64,000 nt of DNA from Pseudomonadota bacterium. Lineage in GTDB: Bacteria; Pseudomonadota; Gammaproteobacteria; Pseudomonadales; UBA7434. The stretch lies in NCBI GenBank assembly GCA_036344075.1, contig JAYYUJ010000018.1, positions 460-64,459 of the forward strand, written 5' to 3'. The notes below the pieces were generated by a model. The model was given only the letters and a program-made list of their open reading frames with translations, was not told the DNA's origin and made no database searches. The translations under genes were made by a program, and so were the position numbers. Below are positions 46,973 to 56,680 of this stretch, in pieces; the first letter of the stretch is position 1, and every line of letters starts with the position of its first letter.

Positions 46973-48244
46973 ATGAAATTAGAAACAAAAGCAATACATT
47001 CCGGTTTTGATGACGATCCCGCTACTCGTGCTGTAGCGGTGCCTATTTACCAAACCACCTCATACAGTTTTCGCGACACACAGCACGGCGCCGATCTATT
47101 TAACTTAGCAGAGCCAGGTTTTATTTATAGCCGTATCATGAACCCAACGCTTGACGTGTTAGAACAGCGATTAGCAGATATGGAGGGCGGCATTGGTTCG
47201 CTGTGCATGGCTTCTGGCATGGCGGCAATCACGGCTAGTATTCAAACCGTTGCCGCTTCTGGCGATAATATTGTAAGTGTCAGTGAGCTATACGGCGGCA
47301 CTTATAACCTCTTTGCCCATACTTTTCCGCAGCAGGGCATTGACGTTAGAATGGCCTCAGGCAATGATATCGACGGTTTAGAAAAATTAATTGACGACAA
47401 CACTAAAGCCATTTTTTGCGACTCAATTGGTAACCCCGCGGGCAACGTCATTGACTTACAAGCCTTATCATCCATGGCGCACAAGCATGGTGTGCCAGTG
47501 ATTGTCGATAACACAGTCGCCACGCCATATTTATGCCGTCCGTTTGAATTTGGCGCTGACATTGTTATTCACTCGTTAACCAAATACATCGGCGGTCATG
47601 GCACCACTATTGGCGGCATTATTGTTGATTCGGGCAAGTTCACTTGGAAAGACAACCCGCGTTTCCCACAATTTAATGAACCCGATTCTTCTTACCACGG
47701 TGTAGTCTACGCTGATGCCTTAGGTGAAGCGGCGTTTATTGGTCGTGCACGCGTTGTACCATTACGTAACATGGGTGCCGCATTGGCACCGTTTAATGCC
47801 TTCTTAGCCATTCAGGGGCTAGAGACATTAGGGTTGCGCATGGATAGACACGTGGAAAATGCTCAAAAAGTCGCTGAGTATCTGAGCGCTCACGAACAAT
47901 TGAGTTGGGTGAACTACGCTGGCTTAGAAGACAGTCCTTATTATGACGTTGCCCAACGCATGGTTGACGGTAAGCCATCTGCTATTCTCAGTTTTGGTAT
48001 TAAAGGCGGTGCTGAAGCCGGCGCTAAATTTATTGATGCTTTGCAAATGATTAAACGCTTAGTAAATATCGGTGACGCGAAAAGCTTAGCTTGTCACCCA
48101 GCCTCAACTACGCATCGTCAGTTAAGTGAGGATGAGTTGGCCACAGCAGGCGTTAGCGCTGATCTAGTTCGCATCTCTGTCGGTATCGAACACGTTGATG
48201 ATATCATTGCTGACATTGAGCAAGCCTTAGAAGCCGCTAAATGA
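46973..48244 (+). CDS. metY: O-acetylhomoserine sulfhydrylase (aminocarboxypropyltransferase), PLP-dependent
   Basis: 423 aa. It has the Cys/Met-metabolism PLP family core, the PLP lysine in HSLTKYIGGHG, and C-terminal RISVGIEHVDDIIADI. Confidence 0.9.
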   Translation: MKLETKAIHSGFDDDPATRAVAVPIYQTTSYSFRDTQHGADLFNLAEPGFIYSRIMNPTLDVLEQRLADMEGGIGSLCMASGMAAITASIQTVAASGDNIVSVSELYGGTYNLFAHTFPQQGIDVRMASGNDIDGLEKLIDDNTKAIFCDSIGNPAGNVIDLQALSSMAHKHGVPVIVDNTVATPYLCRPFEFGADIVIHSLTKYIGGHGTTIGGIIVDSGKFTWKDNPRFPQFNEPDSSYHGVVYADALGEAAFIGRARVVPLRNMGAALAPFNAFLAIQGLETLGLRMDRHVENAQKVAEYLSAHEQLSWVNYAGLEDSPYYDVAQRMVDGKPSAILSFGIKGGAEAGAKFIDALQMIKRLVNIGDAKSLACHPASTTHRQLSEDELATAGVSADLVRISVGIEHVDDIIADIEQALEAAK

Positions 48245-48278
48245 GTATCGCTAATAGCTAGTTTTAGCAGGCAGCCTT

Positions 48279-48312
48279 AAAAACAGCAATATAATTATAC
48301 CGCTGTTTTTTT
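48279..48312 (+). terminator. Possible Rho-independent terminator after metY
   Basis: The sequence is aaaaaCAGCaatataattataccGCTGttttttt. The stem is short (4 GC-containing pairs plus A-U extension), the loop is a large 14 nt, and a T7 run follows. Confidence 0.5.
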
Positions 48313-48561
48313 ATATCTAAAAAAATCCTTTATATGAAGTTTTGAACCGGTGGGTAGCCAGCCTTCGCCATACTCAAGACTTAAAATTAAATACGATTTT
48401 TGGTCTGCTACTGTTTTAGTTGAGTAGGAGATAAATTATTTGATTGAACCCCTTGTATCTAAGGCTTGAAGTAGCATAGAGTAGACAAATTGATTTCTTA
48501 GGAGCTGAATAAGTTGTTATCCATTGAGGTGAATGAAGTGTTGTCTAATCTTCCCGCGAAT

Positions 48562-49122
48562 ATGCCCAAGCGTAATAGCCCTGCATTGGTAAAATTGGGC
48601 CGAGGCATTTTAAAATTAATTGGTTGGCAATTAGTGGGTGAAATACCCAATGAAAAGCGCATGGTGGTTTGTGCGGCACCACATACCTCTAACTGGGATT
48701 TTTTTGTCGGCCTGCCGGTCATTTTTGCCATGGACGTTAAGGCCTCCATTATGATGAAAAAAGAGGCTTTTATTTGGCCGTTGTCAGCACTTTGGGCCTG
48801 GATAGGCTTTATTCCGGTCGACCGCAAAGCACCCCGCGGCGTTGTCGGCTCGATTGTCAATGAATTCAGTGAGAGGGAGCAATTATGGTTAGCCATTGCC
48901 CCAGAGGGTACACGAGCGAAAGCCGAAAAATGGAAAACCGGTTTTTTAAGTATTGCTGAGGGAGCTGATGTTCCCATTATGTTGTTGTCGTGGGACTATC
49001 CTACCAAAACCATTCAGTTTGGTCCCATGATGACCACTTCAGGTAATCGAGAGCAAGACCTGCTTGACATTCAAGCGCATTTTCGCCAATTTGAAGGCCG
49101 ACGACCCGAAAATACTAATTAG
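48562..49122 (+). CDS. PlsC-family (lysophospholipid/glycerol-3-phosphate) acyltransferase
   Basis: It has the HX4D motif in APHTSNWDF and IAPEGTR (block III). I prefer the ATG at 48562 (MPKRNSPALVKLG...) over the track's TTG at 48514. Confidence 0.7.
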   Translation: MPKRNSPALVKLGRGILKLIGWQLVGEIPNEKRMVVCAAPHTSNWDFFVGLPVIFAMDVKASIMMKKEAFIWPLSALWAWIGFIPVDRKAPRGVVGSIVNEFSEREQLWLAIAPEGTRAKAEKWKTGFLSIAEGADVPIMLLSWDYPTKTIQFGPMMTTSGNREQDLLDIQAHFRQFEGRRPENTN

Positions 49123-49145
49123 TTTTTGACTGCCTCGCCAGCGGT

Positions 49146-50519
49146 TTAGTTCAGCGGTTTTAACAGCACCTTGGCATTGCGCTGATAGTTATACAATGAT
49201 TGTTTTTCTTGGGGCAGTTCGGCGACTGATCCCTCGCTAAATCCATTTTCAATAAACCAATGCGCGGTTTGGGTTGTGAGCACAAAGACTTGCTCGATAC
49301 CCATTGCTTGGGCTTGGTTTTCTAATGCCCTGAGTAGGCGTGCCCCTCGATTGCCATTGCGATAATCGGCATGAGTGACAATACAAGCAATTTCTCCCAG
49401 CGTTGAATATTGTTTTACTTGATGCGTGTGGTATGGGTAAAGAGCAGCTATTGCAATAATTAACCCGTCGCGTTCGATCACGGTAAAGTAATCAATTTCA
49501 GCGGAGAGCTTTTCTCGGTCTCGTCGCACTAACACCCCTTGTTTTTCAAGCGGGGTGATCATCTCAATAATGGCACTGACATCGTCAGCTGAAGCTGAGC
49601 GTATTTGCTCGAAGTTCGCTTGCGAGATTAATGTGCCGGCTCCATCAACGCTGTATAGCTCTTGCAATAAGGCACCATCATCGCAATAACTCATGATGTG
49701 GGCCCGTGGCACGCCGCCTTCAACAGCAGCAATGGCTGCCTTAGCGAGTGGCAGTATAGCAGGTGCTAGCGTTTGGTCTGTGATCAGTTGAGCAGCCGAA
49801 GCGGGCGTTAATTCGCGAATTAAATGACCATCGTGATCATGAATGCCTGATGACTGAGTAAAAGCGATAAGCTTATCGGCCATTAAAGACTGAGCAATTT
49901 CAGTGGCTACATGATCATAAGCAAGATTAAAGCAATCCCCGCTAGGTGAGTAGCCAAGAGCTGAAAGCAGAACGACATTGCCAGTATCAAGCAGTGAGGT
50001 GATGGCGAGGGTATCAATGTTTCGCACTGTACCGGTGAGTTGAAGGTCAACACCATTGATAATGCCGGCCGGTTTAGCGGTGATGACGTTAGCCGATGCG
50101 ACACGGACTTTCACGCTGTGCATGGCCGAGGGGGCTAATCCCACCGACAAGCGGGTCTCCAGTTGTGAGCGCACTAAACTCGCCGCCTCAATGACCTTAT
50201 CCATCGTGGCGGCATCGGTCACTCGCAAGCCCTCGACTAAGGGACTGTTGATATTTTTTTCAGCGAGTTTGTTTTGTAATTGCGCGCGATAGCCATGCAC
50301 AACCACAATGCGAATGCTTAAGCTATTTAGCAGGGCAATATCATGAATAATATTGCTGATATTGGCATCTAGCAGCGCCTCGCCACCCAAGGAGATCACA
50401 AAGGTTTTATGACGGTGGGCATTAATATAAGGTGTCGCCTGACGAAACCATTTCACCAGTTGGCCATAGTCTGCCGGAGGCGGCGTAAAATCTTTATTGT
50501 TTTCGTTGTTATCATTCAT
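49146..50519 (-). CDS. argA: N-acetylglutamate synthase (amino-acid N-acetyltransferase)
   Basis: 457 aa. An N-terminal amino-acid-kinase fold is followed by a C-terminal GNAT. There are long collinear matches to E. coli ArgA as remembered: FRQATPYINAHRHKTFVISLGGEA vs [24 protein letters not shown], and LYNYQRNAKVL vs LYNYQRKSKVL. Confidence 0.93.
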   Translation of the reverse strand: MNDNNENNKDFTPPPADYGQLVKWFRQATPYINAHRHKTFVISLGGEALLDANISNIIHDIALLNSLSIRIVVVHGYRAQLQNKLAEKNINSPLVEGLRVTDAATMDKVIEAASLVRSQLETRLSVGLAPSAMHSVKVRVASANVITAKPAGIINGVDLQLTGTVRNIDTLAITSLLDTGNVVLLSALGYSPSGDCFNLAYDHVATEIAQSLMADKLIAFTQSSGIHDHDGHLIRELTPASAAQLITDQTLAPAILPLAKAAIAAVEGGVPRAHIMSYCDDGALLQELYSVDGAGTLISQANFEQIRSASADDVSAIIEMITPLEKQGVLVRRDREKLSAEIDYFTVIERDGLIIAIAALYPYHTHQVKQYSTLGEIACIVTHADYRNGNRGARLLRALENQAQAMGIEQVFVLTTQTAHWFIENGFSEGSVAELPQEKQSLYNYQRNAKVLLKPLN

Positions 50520-50544
50520 TACATAAGCTTAACAGCAGAGACTA

Positions 50545-51717
50545 CTAGAGGCAGTAGCGTTGTATAAGACTTTTTAACAGATCGACACCTGGTTTTATTT
50601 GATCATGGGCTAAATATTCATTGGCTTGGTGTGCGCAATCAATACTGCCGGGTCCCATCACAAGAGTTTGCATGCCTAAGGCTTGTAAAAAAGGGGCCTC
50701 GGTTGCAAAACCGGCACTGATAGCACTATGTCCCGTTAATTGCTCACTGAACCGCACTAGCTCACTGGTTTCAGGCTCTAAAAAGGGCGCAACGCCAACA
50801 AATAAGGCTTGATGCTTAGCATTAACACCTGTGCCTGCTAGTACCTGCGCAACGGTTTGATGAATACTTTGTCGCACTTCGTCATTATTCATACCCGGTA
50901 ACAGCCGAACATCAAAACTCAAAGAGCAATGACTACAGATACGATTAGGCGCATCGCCACCATGAATACTGGCAAGGTTAAGGGTGGGTACGATCACGTC
51001 AAAAGCCGGGTTTTGATACTGCTTTCCCCATTGCTTGCGTAAGGCTATTAATGCGCTGATGACCTTGTGCATTGCATCGAGGGCGTTGTTGCCTAGCGCT
51101 GGATTGGATGAGTGACCCGATCGGCCCTCGAGTGTAATCGATTCCATCATGACACCTTTATGCATTCGAACCGGTTTTAAATCCGTGGGTTCGCCAACCA
51201 CTGCATAGCGGGCTTTAGGTTTGCCGGCCACTGCTAAGGCTTTGGCACCGGCCATGCTAGTTTCTTCATCAGCGGTGGCAAGAATAATTAATGGTTGCTG
51301 CAGTTGTTGATTGCCGAGCTGGTGTTGAATATTGGTGATCGCCTCAATGACTAGTGCAAAAAAACCTTTCATATCGGTGCTGCCTAGTCCATAAAAGCGA
51401 TGGTTATCGTCAAGCAATTGAAACGGATTTGATTGCCATTGCTGTTCATCGAAAGGCACTGTGTCGGTATGGCCTGCCAGAACTAGGCCTCCCGGTCCTG
51501 TGCCCAGAGTCGCGATTAAGTTAAACTTGCCGGCCTTTTGGTTGTCTATGGCTTTAGTTACGGTTTGAATCTCAATTGAAAAGCCTAGTTCTGATAGTTG
51601 ATTGGCGAGCCAGTCAATTACAGGACGATTAGAGGTATCTAGTGACGGGTTTGCACTACTGATGGAAGGTATTGCAATTAGCTGGCTTAAGTGATCAACT
51701 AACGTTTTCATTGGCAT
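50545..51717 (-). CDS. argE: Acetylornithine deacetylase
   Basis: 390 aa. It is an M20 peptidase with LAGHTDTVP, and GLGSTDMKG and TADEETS. It is adjacent to argA. Confidence 0.88.
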   Translation of the reverse strand: MPMKTLVDHLSQLIAIPSISSANPSLDTSNRPVIDWLANQLSELGFSIEIQTVTKAIDNQKAGKFNLIATLGTGPGGLVLAGHTDTVPFDEQQWQSNPFQLLDDNHRFYGLGSTDMKGFFALVIEAITNIQHQLGNQQLQQPLIILATADEETSMAGAKALAVAGKPKARYAVVGEPTDLKPVRMHKGVMMESITLEGRSGHSSNPALGNNALDAMHKVISALIALRKQWGKQYQNPAFDVIVPTLNLASIHGGDAPNRICSHCSLSFDVRLLPGMNNDEVRQSIHQTVAQVLAGTGVNAKHQALFVGVAPFLEPETSELVRFSEQLTGHSAISAGFATEAPFLQALGMQTLVMGPGSIDCAHQANEYLAHDQIKPGVDLLKSLIQRYCL

Positions 51718-51762
51718 ACGTGTGTTTGAAAGGTTTTTTTTTGGTCAGATAAAATAAGCTCA

Positions 51763-52272
51763 TTAGACGGCATGCACTAGTATGGGCTGTTCACCGCAGA
51801 TATCATACACTAAGGTTGAAAGTGTCTGTGTGATACTTGCACTGATCTTCCAATGACCTTCAACACAGTAGTATTCGTCACGGTATATCATGGCAATTTG
51901 GGTGAGTGTTTTTTCGCGGCTATTAAGTACTTGGTAGGCGAGTTCCCAGCTCCCTTTAGCGTGATGATCATCAATCAGTTCAATAATAGGGTTGTGGCCA
52001 TGGTGACTTTCCAACATGTGTGGGTGACAGCCGATGTCAGTGAAAATTTCAACTAATTGTTCGCGATGATTGAATTGGCCGACCGGTCCGTAATCAATCA
52101 CTAGTTCACCGTCAATAAAGCAGTCGCGCATCATTGCTGGGTCTTTAGTATCACAGGCCATTAGGTAGGTGGCTTTTAAGGTTTTAATCGCATCAATGGC
52201 CTCTAACCGCATTAAGCGTTGATTGATAGATATTAGCGAGTCAGTGCTGTCGGTTTTAACAGTCATTCTCAA
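51763..52272 (-). CDS. NTF2-like / SnoaL-like superfamily protein
   Basis: 169 aa. The N-terminal helix pattern LEAIDAIKTLKATYLMACDTKD and the size fit SnoaL_4/NTF2-like proteins. No catalytic residues can be asserted. Confidence 0.55.
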   Translation of the reverse strand: MRMTVKTDSTDSLISINQRLMRLEAIDAIKTLKATYLMACDTKDPAMMRDCFIDGELVIDYGPVGQFNHREQLVEIFTDIGCHPHMLESHHGHNPIIELIDDHHAKGSWELAYQVLNSREKTLTQIAMIYRDEYYCVEGHWKISASITQTLSTLVYDICGEQPILVHAV

Positions 52273-52315
52273 ACCTCATTTAATCAAGCTTGAAGGTAAG
52301 CAACAGCCGAGTGAG

Positions 52316-53395
52316 TTAAACGTTTGGGTAGTACGTTTCTTGCACTGATGATATCCATGAAAAGGGGTCAGCTTCACGCCCCTCTTGTATGGCAAGTAAT
52401 GATTGGCGCAAGTCAGCGGCTAATTGATCAACATTGGCGACATGGTAAGTGCTGCCGTCGGCATCAGCAATTAGGCTGACGGGGCTAACGATGGCGGCGG
52501 TGCCACAGGCAAAAACTTCACTCACCGCGCCCGTGTTAATACCATTTAATACCTCTTGGATCGGAATATCGCGTTCGATGACCGTGATACCTTTATGTTT
52601 AGCTAGAGTGATAATCGAGTCACGGGTAATACCCGCTAAGAATGAGCCGTTGAGTGTAGGCGTATGCAGTTCACCATTCTGTAATATGAAGAAATTCATT
52701 CCAGAGAGTTCTTCAATGTATTTCATTTCTACAGGATCTAACCATAAAGACTGGTCATAGCCACGATGTTGGACCTGTTGCGCTGACTGCAAGGCAGCGG
52801 CATAGTTTCCACCCGTTTTAGCGGCGCCAGTACCACCACGCGCGGCGCGGCAGGCTTCGCGTTCAATTTGTATTTTCATATGGCCAGCATGGTAAATAGT
52901 TGATGGGCTAGCAATGACCATAAATATGAAGCTGTCTGATTTACCCATACCAAGATTGGATTTAGTCCCGATTAAGAACGGCCGTAAGTAAAGTGATTTT
53001 CCCGATTCATTAGGGATAAACGACTCACTGTAGGCGGTCATTAAGCTAATGCCGTCCATCCAGATAGCTTCTGGAATCTCTATCATACACATTCGCTTTG
53101 CAGAACGGTTCATGCGTTTGAGATTTTCTAGCGGACGAAAAAAATTGGCTCGTTGACTGCCTACGCGGTAAGCCTTAAGGCCTTCAAATACTTCTTGGGC
53201 GTAGTGCAATACTTTGGCGGCTGGATCGATTTCAATGTTACCATAGGGCGTGAGTTGGGCCGGCTGCCATTCGCTGTTAGCGTAATCGGCTCGGTACATG
53301 ATAGGTACCTTGACCTCTCCGAAGCCAAGCTCTTCGGGCAGGGAGAAGTCCGCCAACGTAGGCATAACATCTGGGCTGATACGGTAATGATTCAT
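52316..53395 (-). CDS. ilvE: Branched-chain amino acid aminotransferase (long, group II form)
   Basis: 359 aa. It has the fold-type IV PLP enzyme core and GGTGAAKTGGNYAA (PLP lysine region). The length and N-terminus are typical of the approximately 360-aa BCAT class. Confidence 0.9.
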   Translation of the reverse strand: MNHYRISPDVMPTLADFSLPEELGFGEVKVPIMYRADYANSEWQPAQLTPYGNIEIDPAAKVLHYAQEVFEGLKAYRVGSQRANFFRPLENLKRMNRSAKRMCMIEIPEAIWMDGISLMTAYSESFIPNESGKSLYLRPFLIGTKSNLGMGKSDSFIFMVIASPSTIYHAGHMKIQIEREACRAARGGTGAAKTGGNYAAALQSAQQVQHRGYDQSLWLDPVEMKYIEELSGMNFFILQNGELHTPTLNGSFLAGITRDSIITLAKHKGITVIERDIPIQEVLNGINTGAVSEVFACGTAAIVSPVSLIADADGSTYHVANVDQLAADLRQSLLAIQEGREADPFSWISSVQETYYPNV

Positions 53396-53496
53396 TGTTT
53401 TGATCCTAGAAAATCTTTGCTAAAGCAACTACTTATTATATTGAAGAAATGTTGTCTTGCCCATCCCCAGCCCAGCCAAGATAGGCTCCAAAAAGC

Positions 53497-54426
53497 TTAA
53501 TAAAGTGAACTTTCGCCTTCTGGCCGAGTTTTGAAACGACGATGAACCCACATATATTGATCAGGCTGTTGGCGAATCCAATCTTCAAGTAAACGATTAA
53601 TCAGCAGAGAATCTTGAAAATCATCGCCACTTGGAAAACTAGGGTCAATGGGGTGAAAGGTCAGCCGGTATTGGTTGCTGACATTGTCTCGATAAAAGCT
53701 TGCCCCGACAGCCTTAGCATTACCCATGGCAAGGAGCCGCGCCGGAGCGGTGATAGTCGCAGCATTGATACCAAAGAAGGGTGCAAAAACAATGTGCTTG
53801 CGACCAAAATCTTGATCGGGCGAGTACCATACGGTTTTTCCTGCCCGTAAGCGTTTAACAATGGTGCGCACATTCGATCGGTCAAGCACGGCATCAAAAA
53901 AGCGTTGTCGCCCTTGGGTGATCACCTGCTCCATTACTGGATTGTTGTTGGGTCGATAGACCACATCAATCGGCGTAACGTGGTTAATAAAAATCCCACA
54001 TAGGTCTAGGTGAACAAAATGACCGCTTATTAGTAAAACCCCATGTCCATCTTTTTTTGCGGCTTCAATATGCTCAAGCCCCTCAACTGTAAACCGATCA
54101 GCTAGCGTGTTGGGGTCAGCCCACCAGGCCGAAGCAATTTCAAAAAAACCAATGCTGTTGGCGATAAAAATATCACGCACGAACTCACGCTGCTCTGAAT
54201 CGCTCAATTCGGAAAAGCAAAGGCGCACGTTGGTGGTAACAATATGTCGACGTTTGGCATTAACAAATAAAAGTATATAAGCTAAAGCAGTACCGATTTT
54301 TTTTTGAACACTAAAAGGTAGGCGAGTGATGAGTCGTACCAAAAAAATAGCCAACCAGCTGAACCAATGCCGTGGATGGTATAAGGATGAATGTGCGGGC
54401 TTAAATGAAATCTTGATTAACCTCAA
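53497..54426 (-). CDS. lpxL: Lipid A biosynthesis (Kdo2-lipid IVA) late acyltransferase, LpxL/HtrB family
   Basis: 309 aa. It has an N-terminal membrane anchor, and the HX4D in ISGHFVHLD, and the PDQD block (WYSPDQDFG). Confidence 0.85.
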   Translation of the reverse strand: MRLIKISFKPAHSSLYHPRHWFSWLAIFLVRLITRLPFSVQKKIGTALAYILLFVNAKRRHIVTTNVRLCFSELSDSEQREFVRDIFIANSIGFFEIASAWWADPNTLADRFTVEGLEHIEAAKKDGHGVLLISGHFVHLDLCGIFINHVTPIDVVYRPNNNPVMEQVITQGRQRFFDAVLDRSNVRTIVKRLRAGKTVWYSPDQDFGRKHIVFAPFFGINAATITAPARLLAMGNAKAVGASFYRDNVSNQYRLTFHPIDPSFPSGDDFQDSLLINRLLEDWIRQQPDQYMWVHRRFKTRPEGESSLY

Positions 54427-54486
54427 TAATATATCGATGCACGCTGAATGCGTGCTAAGAAGCGGTAGGTTAATAACAGGCGCAGA

Positions 54487-55545
54487 TTACTGTAGAGACA
54501 ATAAATGATCAGTTAACTGCCGAGCTTCTCGATCGATGCTGTAATGTTGCTCGGCATGTTGACGTGCTTCTGCGCCCATTTCAAGTAATAATTGTGGTGA
54601 ATCTAACAGTGTTTTCAATGTGCTATTGATAGCTTGTTGGTTGCCGCTTACAGAGTAGCCATCGATGCCTTGGCGGATAATATCGGGCCAGGCGCCGGCA
54701 TCACTGGCGATGACGGCAGCGCCACTGGCCATAGCTTCGATGACAGTGAGTCCGAATCCTTCATTTCGACTTAATGCGGCGACTAAAGTCATAGAGCGTA
54801 TCACCTTGGGTATGTCAGAAAAAGGCAGTTCGCCTAAATAGTGAACCTGCTTGCCAAGCCCCGCTTTTTTGATTTTTTGCATTTGCTGATCGAAATAAGC
54901 TTGGTCTTGGCGTTGAATTTGGCCGGTAATCACAAGGGTAAAATCAGGGTGGTTGGGAAGAAGCGGTATGACGGCGTCAATTAAACGGTCTAAGCCCTTT
55001 TGAGGGCGAATGCGACCCAAAATACCGATGCCGTACCTGCCCGGTAAACCTAGCTCCCTCCAGCAGTCTTCTCTGTTCTCAGCGGGGTAAAAGGTATTTG
55101 TATCGATACCGTGCGGAATGATGATATCAGGCGGAGTATCAAGATAGCTGGCTGCTGCCGAACAGGTCGATATAATCGAATCCATCTGTCCCATCAAAAA
55201 TTTCGTAAACCGGCTATGATGTCGTTGAGCGGTTGAGGTAAAAGCAATTTTTAATTTAGCGCGAAACACCCACTTTAACAGAAGTGCCTGGATCATCTCA
55301 TAGTTGCGGCGTGCATGGAAAACACGCCACTGGCCGTTCGGCAACGGCTTATAGCAAAGCTTAGCTAAAGCAAAAAATTTTATTGCTTCTATGTGCTCGG
55401 GTAAAAAATGGTTACCGAGCACAGCCACTTGAGTGAGTTTTTCTTGATGACTTAACACTTGCAGCATAGTGGAGGTAACGCCTGAAAAACGTTTGCTGGC
55501 GTTGCCAAGAATAAGCTTGATATGGTTGGTGGACTTATTATTCAT
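54487..55545 (-). CDS. Glycosyltransferase family 4 (group 1), LPS core type (LpcC-like mannosyltransferase family is possible)
   Basis: 352 aa. It has the N-terminal RFSGVTST motif and the C-terminal GT-B EX7E region (NEGFGLTVIEAMASGAAVIAS). It is adjacent to lpxL. Confidence 0.8.
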   Translation of the reverse strand: MNNKSTNHIKLILGNASKRFSGVTSTMLQVLSHQEKLTQVAVLGNHFLPEHIEAIKFFALAKLCYKPLPNGQWRVFHARRNYEMIQALLLKWVFRAKLKIAFTSTAQRHHSRFTKFLMGQMDSIISTCSAAASYLDTPPDIIIPHGIDTNTFYPAENREDCWRELGLPGRYGIGILGRIRPQKGLDRLIDAVIPLLPNHPDFTLVITGQIQRQDQAYFDQQMQKIKKAGLGKQVHYLGELPFSDIPKVIRSMTLVAALSRNEGFGLTVIEAMASGAAVIASDAGAWPDIIRQGIDGYSVSGNQQAINSTLKTLLDSPQLLLEMGAEARQHAEQHYSIDREARQLTDHLLSLQ

Positions 55546-55797
55546 AAATTAATTTTACAGCGTAATAAATAATGATCGGGGAAAATAAATAAAAAATAAT
55601 TACAATTATTAAAATTGAGGCTCAGACTGGGTGATAGGCAGTTAGTTTTCATAAAATTTTGAAATTGTGTAAATAATTTAAAAGTTAAAAATTTGATTTG
55701 GTTTTAATGATAGAAGGATTAAAATTTGTGCATAGCAGTTTGTGATAGGTATATCGAGTATTAATATTTAAAATCTTTGAATCCTAATGGTTTTAGT

Positions 55798-56439
55798 ATG
55801 GATAAAATATTAACGGTGGCATGCTCAACTTAGGCGATCGAGTATCAAATATTCTAAAGGTATATAAATGGATTGATGCCACTAAAAAAAACCTTTAGTT
55901 ATCTAACAGTTCCCGTAAGGTATGTGTTTAAGTGCTGTAAGTAACTCGGTGATATTAAGACTAGAGTCTCATCCAAGAATTGATTATATTCAAGATCAAT
56001 CGAAAGGTTTAACTGTCAATAGAAATATAGCCCTTAAAAAACACAATATATTTGGGTCATGGAAATAATCTTGAATTCATTCCAGACTCAATGAATAATG
56101 TAATGGCTACAATACAATTTCATAATGCGATTTTCCATACTTTTGAATCTTCAAAACCTTCTAAATAAAAAAGAGCATTTTGTTCCCATGATAAAGCAAA
56201 GGTCGAAGAAAAATATTTTACGGGTAGCCTCTTTTGAAATGGTACTTGATGTGAAACAGCTTAAAGGACACAATATTACTTTCCGCGAGAAGATGGGTGT
56301 TGCAGGTAATATTATTAATTTAGGAGAAGAATTCCTTTTAATTGCTGATATATTACGGGCTGGAGGCGATGATATTCATCACTCGATATCTATTAATATT
56401 CCCCCGGATGTGTCAACGGGAACTATCTTTAATAATTAA
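55798..56439 (+). pseudogene. Decayed family-2 glycosyltransferase gene (multiple frameshifts and stops)
   Basis: GT2-like pieces lie collinear in different frames:
- MDKILTV... (ATG at 55798), then a stop.
- ...NGGMLNLGDRVSNILKVYKW (the YNGG...IL.Q-type N-terminus).
- RIDYIQDQSKGLTVNRNIALKKHN (55922-56068, the G-x-S-x-ARN-like block), ending in a stop.
- LEFIPDSMNNVMATI in another frame.
- The 56125-56439 ORF, with GEEFLLIADILRAGGDDIHH (the GED...G..I.Y-like C-terminal block).

The boundaries are approximate. Confidence 0.45.
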
Positions 56440-56680
56440 AACTTTTTTTCAAAAGGCGTTGTGATAAGAAGAGTCTTTCCGAATTTTTGGATGGTTTATT
56501 ACTTTTTAAAAGATGTGAATCGTATTTTAAGAAACCGTACTGTTAAGTTTGGTGTGGTTTCAGAAAGAATGGCGTTAGTTTAATCTTTATTGAAGAGTTT
56601 ATTTCATTAAGTGTTATCAGAATTTAAGTGGTTCAAGAAGATATCTTAACAATAAAAAAGAAAAAAGCCAGAGTTGAAAA

